Assembly: GCA_013239625.1 (NCBI GenBank)
Contig: MU053934.1
Location: 5,598,399 to 5,662,398, forward strand
DNA: 64,000 nucleotides
Direction: 5' to 3'
From: Lama guanicoe
Taxonomy: Eukaryota
Shown piece by piece: positions 52,109 to 63,196 of this stretch (positions are counted from its first letter, which is position 1; each line of letters begins with the position of its first letter). The notes beneath the pieces were generated by a model. It had not been told where the DNA came from and made no database searches. It saw nothing but the letters and a program-made list of their open reading frames with translations. Both the position numbers and the translations under genes were made by a program.

Positions 52109-52620
52109 CCCATGGATACGTTATTTTCTTGTGCATTATGTCCCAATGAACATCATTTTCAGAGGCTATGTGTGCCCCACGAACATCAGCACTAACCCAA
52201 GGCCTTTTCTTTGTATAGTGGTAGAAACCCTGTTGGGGTTACAATTACATTTACTGTATATGTAAATATCATACAAGTGAGCCTTCATATATTATGGTAT
52301 TCTAGTGACAGTCATCCGAGCCAGGTAAGTAATTCACCTGACCAGAGGGAGTGCTCTCCAGAGAAGTGTGGCATTTGGCGCCATGAAGTCACTATTCTTT
52401 AGCTTTTCCAGAGAGCCAAGATGAGACACTAGCTCAGTCAGTGATTTTCTGCTATTGAACCAGTTCATATTTTACTGATTAATGATAAATGTTTGGGGGA
52501 CTTACTTTGAACACTGATTAAAACATAAAATTACTGGATTTGGCTTCACTTTTGAAGATACACCAAAGCCTCCCAGAAAAGACATATTCACAATTAAAAC
52601 AAATGGAAAGAGGAAACACG
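52109..52620 (+). pseudogene. PKD1-like exon 15 start (PKD repeats)
   Basis: Strong acceptor ttcctttcttttcttttctcacctag|. SNEHHFQRLCVP vs SNAFENLTQQVP; GVTITFTVYVNIIQVSLHILWYSSDSHP vs GRPVTFYPHPLPSPGGVLYTWDFGDGSP, ungapped. TGG TAT TCT AGT GAC AGT is four substitutions from a WDFGDG coding sequence. Confidence 0.85.
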
Positions 52621-52809
52621 GCCCCAAAGTAAAACCTAGTTTGTTTTTTTGGTTCAAACAGCATTTATCTGATGGACGTTTTGACAGATGTTTACTTACT
52701 TAAATATGGTGATCATTTTGCAACATACACATACACTGAATCATCATGTTGTACATCTGAAACTGATATGTTATGTGCCAATTACATGTCAATAGAAAAC
52801 CCCGCCACT

Positions 52810-53760
52810 TTTAAACCCATATGTATGTCATATACTGTGCCAGGTGCATGTATGTATTTATATCTACATCCTCATCTGTCCAACAGAAATGATTATCTTG
52901 CAAGATTAAAGGATTAAAGAAAAATAAAAAATAAATATAAAATAGCCTTGCAAGATAATCATTTCTACTGGACAGATAAACACGTAAAGACTCAGAAAGG
53001 TGAGGAAATAACTTGTCTATGCCCCACAATGCTTTTAAGTGACAGAATGAAAATCTGAACCCAGGTCTGGCTCAGAATCCACAGTGCTTTCCACTGAACC
53101 GCATTTATATCTGTTCAAACAGTCATATCCCTCATCAATAATAATAATATAATAATGGCCACCACTAACATTTATCTAGCTTTTCTCATGTGGCAAGCAT
53201 TGTGCTAAGCAATTTATGTCTATGATCTCATTTAAACCTCACAATCACCCTATGAGGTACGCTTATCAAGATCTCCATTTCACAGTTGAGGAAACTGAGT
53301 TTTATACCAGTTCAGTAATTGCTTTGTTCCCACAGCTGCTCAGGAGCAGGACCAGGGTTGAACCTGAGTCTGTCTAATTCCAGAACCTGTTCTCACAATC
53401 ATTACACTAGACTATAGGAAACTCAATTCTAGTTCCAGCTCCAACCACTGTCTCAATTTCTTTGTTAATTAAATGGGGACATTGTTACTTGTCCCTACTT
53501 ATTTCACAGAGATATTGGGACTATAAAATGGGAAAGTGTACAAACTTCAGGAAGGTAAATTGCTATACAAATCCAGGCTTGTCATAAGTTTCACTCACAT
53601 CTTCCCTCTCTCACGATCATAAAAAGATTTAGCTGACATCATTCGCTCTCAAACATCCTCTGAAGTGGGTAGTGAGTATTATTATCTCCACTTATCAAAG
53701 AGCTGAAGCACAAGGCGATGATGTAACTTGCTAGTCAAAAAAACCCGAGATTCTAACGCC
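52810..53760. mobile_element. Several MIR fragments interrupting the PKD1-like exon 15
   Basis: MIR core motifs: ccatttcacagttgaggaaactgag, gactcagaaaggtgaggaaataacttg, tctcaatttctttgttaattaaatgggga. Confidence 0.75.
52874..52977. repeat. Inverted repeat (31-bp arms, 29/31 complementary, 42-bp A-rich spacer)
   Basis: atctgtccaacagaaatgattatcttgcaag ... cttgcaagataatcatttctactggacagat. Confidence 0.9.
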
Positions 53761-54335
53761 CACTGCCTATGTTCTTATGGTAAATCCTATTTCTGCGTTT
53801 CAAGCTTAACTGTGAAAGAAACAAGGGTGGAAATATTAGTGTCCACTTCAACACACAGATTAAATACTTATAGAAATTAAATTTTCTACTGCAGTGACAC
53901 TAATATAATCTCTACGGCTCTTACTCCTCACATTCTAAAGAAACTGCATAAAGACTCAAAAAGAAAATCTTTCCATTTCCCTAGCATAGGTTTCAACTCT
54001 TTAGCTTTCTCACATAACTTATTATTAGTCAAAGGTTACAAAACTGAGTGAGTCATTACCTAGTTTCAACTATGTAGTGAGTCTGGTAGCTTCCAAAGGG
54101 GACATAAAACCTCAATATGAAATTGTTCCCTCATAAAATCAGAAAAAAAGAAGCATCAAATACATTGTCACATCATAAACATCTAACGTAACTATATAAC
54201 TTGACTTGGAAATTATTTTAACAAACCAACCTATAATACCTTGAGTTCAAAATTCAAGTTCCAAGGCAAACAGCATAGTTAAAACAGTAACAAAAGTACA
54301 CACGGCACCTTTATGATCATTCTTTTCCTGTGGGG

Positions 54336-54480
54336 AACTATGTTCAATATCTTGTAGTAACCTATAATGAAAAAGAATATGAAAACAAACATATGTATGT
54401 ATATGTATGATGGAAACATGCTGTACACCAGAAACTGACACAACATTGTAAACTGACTATACTTGAATTTTAAAAAAAAG
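54336..54480 (+). mobile_element. Short lineage-specific L1 3' tail
   Basis: aacctataatgaaaaagaatatgaaa...gtaaactgactatacttgaatttt followed by an A tail. Confidence 0.8.
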
Positions 54481-54959
54481 TAGTAATAGGGCAAATCCTC
54501 TGCCTTTAATTCTCTAGCTTAAACAGGGGAGTGTTCAGTCTAGTTCCAGATTATTAGTTCCTCTTAAGTCTTGCTTTCTGGAACAACATAACAATCTTTC
54601 AATTACTACTAGTTTAATAATCACATATTTTGAAATTACCATGGGGACCAGAGGGGAAGTAAGAGAGAGGAAACTTCCACTCTCAAAATTGAACTTAAAA
54701 TACTGAAGTCCATAGACACTTCATTATCACTCTCTCTGACTCTGAATGAATTAGACTTATAAATGAAAAACCTGTCATTTTGTTATAGGGACAAAAACCA
54801 AGTTAAGAACCCAAAGAGCTGTTGTTCTACTAATGTCAAGAGAGTTTGCTTCTTGAGTGCCCTGAGATGTCTAAATTCATTCCTGGCCACAGAACAAAAG
54901 TCCATCCAACCTCAATACGTGCTATGCGGCGAAAGTAAATGACGACTAGGACTCCCAGC

Positions 54960-56142
54960 TTTTTCAGAGGTTGTTTTAATACATTAGTCTATCTTTCCTT
55001 TGAGAACAATCTGTTTTGGTTTCTATAATTGAAACCAATTTTATCTCTTGTAGGGTCAGGGGCTCCTAAGTTCCCTTGAACTTTAATGAGAGTACAGATC
55101 ACCTGGGTATCTTGTTAAAATGCAGAATATGACCCAGAAAGTCTGGGACTGCATGTCCAACAAGCTCCCAGGTGATGTCAATGCTACTCAGAGACACAAT
55201 GCTCCGAGCAGCAGGACTCTAAGGAATGTTTCCAAAAAGAAAGAACCGCAATCAGATGTTTATTCTTAAAACATACAGCCTCTCCCAGGATTTTGTAAAG
55301 AAAGATGATATTCCAGAGCCTAAACAAAGTATCTGCTCCCTCCCCCTTTTCTGTGATTCTTATCAGCTGGCTGCAAACCCAATGTAATACTGTAATAAGG
55401 GCAACGTCTAAGAATGTCTTTTGTGCTGACAATTTATTGGGGCTTGTATGGATGAACTTATGAAACCTCAAGTTTTGTAATAAAAAATTGATTCAAAATT
55501 AATATTTTTAATTACATCAACTACTAAAGAATAAGTGATGTTTACAAATAGTTTATAAGAGAATCATTTGGGATTAATAATTTTCACTTCCCCCACAAAA
55601 TAAATAGCTCACACACTGAAGAAGACACCTTTCTTTAAGCAGGAGAAAACAACCCCAACAAAAATAGTCATGCCCACGGCATAGCCATAACATTTTTAGT
55701 GAGGAAAGTGCCAAGATGAAGACTTACGAAAGTATATGAGGGGAATTACATGGTAGCAAATTTGTCCTAGAACCTGGGGGAGGGTCCTGGTAGACAGAAT
55801 GGCTGGTAAATTTTAGAAAGATTTTCACTGGAAAAGATTATACATGAGGGTCATAGTCCATTCCCCTCAAGAAACCAATAAACCCCACGAACTGTCATTT
55901 TCAGGTTTTCAATAACGTTTTCTTTTCATATGGCCATTAGTCCAACCTCCCCCACAAAATTCAACCAACCGTCATCAAAATTAAGTTGGTAATGGGTCAG
56001 GCCGGCTATATCCCATGTTTAATCTTAGATGTGTTTCAAGCCAATGAGGGTAAAGTTCTCAGTGGAAGGAGCAAGTAAAAGACACACGGAAGGAAGCCCT
56101 CATCCTGGGCACCACCGCGCGCGCTCGGCAGTGGAAGGGCTC
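54960..56142 (-). other. SLC25A17: Probable SLC25A17 3' UTR with candidate poly(A) signals
   Basis: Minus-strand AATAAA at 55438-55433 and 55264-55259, and ATTAAA at 54980-54975. The true 3' end cannot be determined from sequence alone. Confidence 0.55.
55057..55220. mobile_element. MER5-like DNA transposon
   Basis: gatcacctgggtatcttgttaaaatgcaga...aacaagctcccaggtgatg. Similar copies lie near 18260, 26230, 39200 and 56780. Confidence 0.75.
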
Positions 56143-56290
56143 TCAGGGCTTGCGCACGCTCTTCAGCCTCATCACTATGAAGGTAGCGGCCGTCAGTTTC
56201 TCATAAACAAGGAACATGAGAGCAGCAGTGAGGACTGTCTGCAGCAGTTTGGCTTCAAGGCCTTTGTAGAGCCCCATTATTCCAAAACGC
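56143..56290 (-). CDS. SLC25A17: SLC25A17 last coding exon, to the stop codon
   Basis: ttttag| acceptor, then G CGT TTT GGA..., giving (R)[51 protein letters not shown] is at 56145-56143. Confidence 0.97.
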
Positions 56291-57278
56291 CTAAAAGGGA
56301 AGAGGTTTGGAAAAAAACAGAAGATTTTCTTTATAAAAGTCAACTCCTGTTTTAAAGAAACAAACTATTTTGCAAAGGTTTATCCTTAGAATCAAAACAA
56401 GCAATGGAAGTTTTAAATATTAACAGACTTCTGTTGTTTAGGTATTTTCTATCTTTAAAGGTATTCAGGGACTGGTGAATGTTTAGTATTTCTTCATAGC
56501 CACCATTAATTTGTAGAATGCTGACAATATCCCACAGATAGGGTGTAGATCCTAAAATCCTAAAATCATCTTAATGCCAAAGTCTGGGATCTGACAAAGG
56601 ACTTTTTAGAATTTTACTTTAATGTTCTCCTAACTTGGCTATTTCAACCTAACAGTCCCTAAGTGGTAGGAAAGCTGCCATTTGATTTACATCATTTTAG
56701 CCTCAACAGAACTAGAGAAAGTGACAGAAATGAAAAGCTATCCAATGCTGAGTCTTTCCATACATTTGATCGTCTAACCTTGAGGTTCTCAAATTTAGCG
56801 TACACCAGAATTGCCTGAAAGGCTCAGTGGGCCACCATTCAGTCTGGAATGGGATTCAAGAATTTGCATTTCTAACACGCTCCCAGGTGAGGAGGAGGAT
56901 GACACTAGCCCGGAGACCAGCCCTTTAGAACCACTGCTCCAACCACAGGGAAGAATGCTCCAGCTAGGACCAAGAATTCAGAGGAAATGATGCCTTCAAA
57001 GTTCCTTGTTGAGAGTGAGTTCATCTCACGTGCAAGTTCATCAGCAAGTACAGGGCTACATATGGCAGGCAGACTGAGATATTAAAGCTAATCGAGTGCT
57101 CCATTCAGAAGCTAGTCTATGTTTTATATATTTGCTACGTATGAAAATCTATTATTTGGAACAAATCATGTGATAAATGGGAATGAAAGCCTTAACTCAT
57201 GATTTCTAGTTCACTGACCAACTTGAATTACGTTCCCCCAAGAAAGCCCACTGCAGTGTTTCTCAAGATGAGGTTTGC

Positions 57279-58195
57279 TGTGAGATAACAGAAAAAACAT
57301 ATACTGGTCTCCTTCCTCAGTTCCTGGCCCAGAGTTCCTAAAACCCTCGTCATTTCCTAAGTGGTAAGAGCACTAGGAGCATTTCTTACTCTAATATTTG
57401 GCCTTTGATCCTAGTTCCTGACACAGAGCTCCTAAGTCCTTTAAATTCCTGGGTGATAGCAGTGTCTTTCGTTCTAAAGGCTCTGGGAGGGCTCCTGGGT
57501 GGGGCTGGTCACCAGAAAGACCAAGCCATGATCAGAAGCTTGGGATTTTCAGCCCCACCCCCCATTCTCCAGAGAGGGAAGGGGGCTGCAAAAGGAGTTA
57601 ATGATGGATCATGCCCATGCGATGAAGCCTCCACAAAAATCCCCAGAGTATAGGGTTCAGAGAGCTTCTAGGTTGGTAAGCACACCCATGTACCAAGAGA
57701 GAGACACACCCCAGCACTCCAGGGACAGCAGCCCTAGTGCTTAGGCGCCTCCCAGAGCTCTTCATCCGGCTGTTAGCCTGTACCCTTTATCACAGCCTTT
57801 AATAAGCTGGTAAACATAAAGAAGTGTTCCCCTGAGTCCGGTGAGCTGCTCCAGCAAACAATCGAATCCAAGAGAGAGGTCACGGCAACCTCTAATCTGC
57901 AGCCAAGTCAGACAGAAGTTCTGTGTAACCTGGGGACCCACTACTTGTGACTGTCACCTGAAATGGGGGTCAGTATCATGGGAGTGAGCTCTTACTGAAC
58001 CTGTGGGATCTAATGCTATCTCCAGGTGTACAGTGTCAGAATTGAGTTAAATTTTAGGACACTCAGCTGGTAGTACACAGAATTGCTTGGCGCGGGAACC
58101 CACCCCCACATCTGGTGACCAGAAGTGCCCAAACTGAAGTGTCCTGTGTGAGCAGTAAAGGAAAGACAGACTGGTGTGAATTTTTCTCTATATCC
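57279..58195. mobile_element. MER21-like LTR in the last SLC25A17 intron, splitting a MER5-like element
   Basis: ggtcaccagaaagaccaagccatgatcagaagcttggg and gtgtcagaattgagttaaattttaggacac. Confidence 0.75.
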
Positions 58196-58339
58196 ACTCA
58201 CATCAGAATCACCAGCGTCTGTTTAGAAATGAAGATTGCCAGGTCCCACCCCAAAGGGGAGGCATGAATCAGTATTTTAACAGGCACTTCAGGTGATTCT
58301 TAATCAATCAAAATTCTGGAGAGGCGAGGCATGGTATAC

Positions 58340-58520
58340 TCTGCTGTCCGATATAGTAGCTATTAGCCACATGTGGAAATTCAAATTTAAGTAAAATTAA
58401 AAATTCAGTTCCTCAGTTGTACTAGCCATATTTCAAGTGCTTCAACAACCACATGTGGTTAGTGGTGACCCTACTGAAGAGCACAGATATTTCCATCATT
58501 GTAGAACATTCTAGTGGATG
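58340..58520. mobile_element. MER3/MER33-like hAT element
   Basis: ctgtccgatatagtagctattagccacatgtgg...ccacatgtggttagtgg. Confidence 0.7.
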
Positions 58521-59369
58521 AAGAAAAGTTCTTCATTCATTCATTAATAAGTTCCCGAGTGCTTACTGAGCATATGAGTTTGAACATTTGGCTCTGCCTC
58601 CATCTGCCTTGTGCTGGGCAAGTCACTTTCCTTCTCTAAATCTGTTTCCTATTCTGCAAAAATCGGAATACAGTCACCCTTCCACACTCACAAGGTTGAG
58701 TGAAAACCAAACATGATGAGAAATGTGAAAACACACTGGATCTGAAAACTATATAACCCTGCAGATTTCTAGTTAACACTATGTTCTTAATTTTCTTAAC
58801 TACATCTTTCTTAACTCTCACAATGCTACGGAAATTGGTATCACTTTTTTTTGGATCAATATGGCAACACTTATCAAAATTTTATACGTTCAAACTTCTT
58901 AACCAAGTGATTCTACTTGAAGGAATTTTCTCTGCAATATAATCACTCAGTGCAAAGCTGAATTTTCAGGCTATTCATTTATCAATCTCTATAAAGGCAA
59001 AACTTGGAAACAAACTAAATATTCACCATAAGTGTATTAGTCAATAAATTATGGTATGTTATGTAACAAAAAACAAGGCAGTCATTAAAAAATAATCTAA
59101 TATAGATATTGATATGGAGGCTTGTTTGTAACATTAAGTTTACTTATTTATTTTTTCATAACATTAAGTTTATAAAAATTCAAGTTTGCAAAACAATATT
59201 CCCATATAATCCCATTTGTATAAAAATGAATACCCAAAAATGCATGTTTTATGCAGTATTCTGGAAATCTATACACTTTTTGTTAACAGTGACTACCTCT
59301 TGGAAAAGGGATAGGAGAGATAGAAAACAGTAAGGATGCATGTATTTATAGCTTTCCTGCCATTTAAAT

Positions 59370-60020
59370 GACTTCAATTTAATGAGTTCTGACTGATGTA
59401 CACTCGTGAAACCATCACCACATTCAACGTAGTGAACATATCCATCACCTCCAAAATTACCAAAATTATCCTCGTCTCCCTCTGTAACCGTTCCCCCTCT
59501 TCCCCTACTCTGGCCCCAGGCAACCACTGATCTGTTTTCTGTCACTATAGATCATTTGCATTTTCTAAGTTCTATGTAAATGGAATCATACAGTATGAAT
59601 TCTTTTTTGTATGACTTCTTTTACTCAGCATAATTATTTTGAGATCCATCTATGTTGTTGCATGTATCAGTAATTCCTTCCTTCTGATTTCTGAATAGTA
59701 TTCCACTGTATAGATATATCACAAATTGTACCTCCTCCCCTGATGATGGGCATTTGGGGTGTTTCCAGTTTTTGACTCTTACAAAGAAAGCTGCTATTAA
59801 CATTTATGTACAGGTCTTCGTGTAGATATACTTCATTTCTCTCCAGTAAATACCCTGAAGGAGAATGGCTGGGTCTATGGTAGGTGTTGGTTTACCTTAA
59901 CAGAATGTCAAACTGCATTCTTTGGAAAAAGTGGTCGTGCCATTCTGAATTCCCACTAGCACAAGAAGATTCTGGTTGCTTCACATTTTTGCCAACACTA
60001 GGTATGGTGGGCATTTAGTT
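59370..60020 (-). mobile_element. Old L1 3' fragment
   Basis: Reverse-orientation L1 3'UTR motifs. Confidence 0.8.
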
Positions 60021-61110
60021 TTTACTTTATACCACTTCTTTATCTTTGATTTTTTTTAATCCCAAGCATATTCTATCTTTATAATAAGTTTATTTTCAAA
60101 ATATCTTACATCTAGGAACAGTAATAAAGTTATAGCAGCTTTTGCGTCAAAGGTGCTCTGACTTATCTGACTTCCCGAGGGGTCAGTTTCTTGAAATGAA
60201 ACAGGGAAATGACAACAGTACCTGCCTCACAGGGCAATTGTTCAGATTAGGTGGGCTTGCCTATGCAGAGCATTCAGCGCAGTGCCTGCCACACAGCGAG
60301 CACTGAAAAACGTTAGCTACTGTCATCACCATCATCACTGCTGTCACCATTATGAAGTTGTTATAACTCTTCCTGCTCCCCCCGCTTTCCCACTCTGACT
60401 GCGGCTCTCCGATAGCTGCTTGTTTCTATCTACGAGAGGTCATAGGATATGCCACTGACGGAGCACTACTCAGCAGGATGGTCTCTACATTAGATTACAG
60501 GAGGGCTCTCTCTCATTTTTAATTCCATGTCTCAGGTGTACAGCATTATAATTTGACATCTGTGTGCACTACACACTGATCACCACCACAAGTCTAATAA
60601 CCATCCATTACGTACAGTTGACTCCTTTCATCCATTTTGCCCTCGAACCTTCTTCCTCTCTGGTAACCACCAATCTGTTCTCTGCCTCACTGAGCTTTTT
60701 TTTTTTTTTTAGATTCCCCATGAAAAAAAAAAAAAAAGATTCCACATGAGTGAAATCACATGGTATTTGTCCTTCTCCGCCTGACTTATTTCACTTAACA
60801 TAATACGTACAGGGTCCAGCCGTGTTGTCACAAATGGCAGGATTTCACAGGAGCATTCCCCTTCTGAAGGTGTCCTGAATATTTGTAACGAACAAAGAAT
60901 AAGGACCTGCACTTTTCCGTAATATTTCCAAAACGCTGTCATATCTCACTAAGCCCCAAAAGTGAGCAATCTGAGAGCACAGCAGGCAAGGGAGAAGTTT
61001 CTGGGCTGCCGCTGCCAAGGCAGTGGTGCAGGATAAGCAAACACAACCACTTCTTGGCAGAGATGGCTGTTAAAAGAGAGGACAGAATGTGAAACATCTA
61101 CGAAGCTCAC

Positions 61111-61193
61111 CTTACTCGCTGGTGAAGAAGATAGAGAATGTTCCGAAGACTCCCCAGTGTTCTGTTTTCTGGGTTTAGTCTGTGACGTCCAAA
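61111..61193 (-). CDS. SLC25A17: SLC25A17 penultimate coding exon
   Basis: 83 bp, flanked by tcag| and |gtgagc. Encodes [27 protein letters not shown] plus a split Arg codon. Confidence 0.97.
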
Positions 61194-61356
61194 CTGAGGA
61201 GGAAGACAAAAAAAATCAAATAATTACTCTTTGCTACTGCTTCCTTTTTCTTAATTTCTACCTGTAAAGGAAATTATGTTGGAGTACTATCTTATAGCAT
61301 AAGGTAATAAAAATATCCAATTAGTATGTAGATTTCATTAATCCTCTATTTTTCAA

Positions 61357-61425
61357 TGAAATAAATGAAATATTTCAATGAAATAAGTGATGAAATAAAT
61401 GAAATATTTCAATGAAATAAGTGAA
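61357..61425 (+). repeat. Two-copy tandem duplication of about 35 bp
   Basis: tgaaataaatgaaatatttcaatgaaataagtga occurs twice. Confidence 0.85.
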
Positions 61426-62869
61426 AATAAGAAACATTTTTTCAGTGAAGCAAGCATGAGAATTTTCATTTTACAGAGAATTGTAGGGGAAAATTCTACC
61501 TCAAAGTTAAAAACCATGCCCGTGATGAAGATGTCGATATTGATGGCATGGCTTTCAGTTCTTTAAGAAGTTCTGATAAACACTCATCAATTAGAATCTC
61601 TGCAGTCCAAGCTCTTCACATTAAATCTCTGTACTACAAAAGTGTCAAAACACATTTATCTGAACGCTACTGAATTCCTTTATGTTAGCTACCAATTTAA
61701 AAATAGTACACTAGTAAAAATACTTTTAAAAGAAGGTAATCATATTTTTGAACTGAAATACTTTCACCTCCACCCTCATTTTACTCATCAGCAAGTTCTT
61801 TGAATTTTTTCTCCCAAACAGACCTTGAATCTGTCCTCACCTGGTCTCTCCTCTCTACTGCTAGACTTCAAGTCCAGGCCACTATCATGTCTCCCCTGTA
61901 TTACTGAAACAGCCTCCTCTTATCTCTCCACTGAACAGTCAAAGTAATCTTCTCGAATTGTAAATCAGACCACATTACGCCCCAGTCTAAAGCCCTGCAA
62001 GGCTTCCCACTGTCCTCACCTACAGCCTCCCTGCTACTTCCCAATCTCCCCGAGCCACCTCCAGCCACAATGGCCTCCTTTCAGTTCCTAGGACTCACCA
62101 AGCTCTCGACACATTGCATTTCCTCCATCTAGAATACTCTTCCTCCCGCACTTGGCACAGCTGGATCCTTAGCTGCCCTTAAGTCTTGATTTACACATGG
62201 CTCCACAGAGGAGCCCATTTCCAGTCATGCCATTTAGGAAGCTCCCCACCATGCTGCTCTCCACTAAGTCACAGGACGCTGTTCACTTCCTGTAAGTCCT
62301 TTCCTGAACTTGTAATTATCTATATCTCGCTTATTTATCTGTTCATTCTCTCCTCCGTTACCCCTCTAAGGGCGGGGACTCTTTTATTCATCATGTGCAC
62401 CCAGCTCCTCACACAGAGTGGGTGCTTAAAAGAGACATATCTCAATGAATAAATAACTGAATGAATGAAAAACTAGAAATTTAAAAGTTCTTCAGAAAAG
62501 CTAAATCATTAATTCCTCTTGAATGAACTAAACGAATCAAGATTTTGTAAAGGATAATCTACCCTGACACCAAACAAATCAACTTGAACGAGAAGGAAGG
62601 AAACTTACATTTTCCTGAGGTCCTTAAAGAACCTTCCTCCATATTTGGGTTTTCTGATATACCACGTTACCTAAGAAATCGCAAATGTAAACTTTGTTCC
62701 AAGCCAAATAGGAAACCAACTGATAGCCAGACTGGTTAGCAAAATGTCAGACAAATGGAAAAATGGATGTGGAATGCTCTGGCTTAACAACTCACTACTT
62801 CATTAACATTGCTTCACACAGAGAAACCACGTATTTTAGAATGTTGTTTGACTAAATGCAGGGACTCAC

Positions 62870-62965
62870 CCTCAGGATTGACTGTACCGTCTGCATGGGA
62901 TAGGTGACCGTGGTGGCAATTGCTTTGGCTAGTGCACCAATGATGAACACATCCAAAGAAGAAAG
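62870..62965 (-). CDS. SLC25A17: SLC25A17 coding exon, third from last
   Basis: 96 bp, flanked by ccag| and |gtgagt. Encodes [32 protein letters not shown]; phase 0/0 matches its neighbours. Confidence 0.97.
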
Positions 62966-63050
62966 CTGGAAAGCAAAGAAAGAATGAACTACTTCAATCT
63001 AAACAAGAAGGTGTCAGAGATTATTTGCTGCTTTCAAAATCAGGGATTAC

Positions 63051-63196
63051 CTTCATTTGTTTCTTTAAAAGCTGCCGTTTTAAACCTTCATAGAACATGA
63101 ATTGGATGGCAGGATTGAAGACCAGCAGCAAGGAAGGAAATGTGCCATTCCATAAAGCCGAGATTCCTTCATCCCGAATGATCTGGTGAAAAGCAT
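63051..63196 (-). CDS. SLC25A17: SLC25A17 (PMP34) internal coding exon, fourth from last
   Basis: 146 bp, flanked by ttag| and |gtaa. Encodes (D)[48 protein letters not shown], near-identical to human PMP34. Confidence 0.97.

Larger units (their letters stand above)
37790..55460 (+). pseudogene. Decayed intron-containing polycystin-1 (PKD1)-like gene, N-terminal extracellular portion
   Basis: More than 20 colinear peptide matches to human PKD1 in domain order (LRR, LRRCT, WSC, PKD, C-type lectin, PKD repeats). Splice sites fall at PKD1-equivalent positions. Many stops, frameshifts and repeat insertions. Confidence 0.85.
53780..55460 (+). pseudogene. PKD1-like exon 15 continuation (further PKD repeats), fragmented
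   Basis: KGGNISVHFNT (53823) vs TGDNITWTFDM; NYVVSLVASK (54068) vs SYLVTVTASN; STHGTFMIILFLW (54295) vs NSTGDFTVRVAGW; VQSSSRLLVPLK (54533) vs VVNASRTVVPLN; LKSIDT/FIITLS/LNELD (54703) vs FRSVGTFNIIVTAENEVG; CADNLLGLVWMN (55422) vs RATNMLGSAWAD. Confidence 0.75.
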
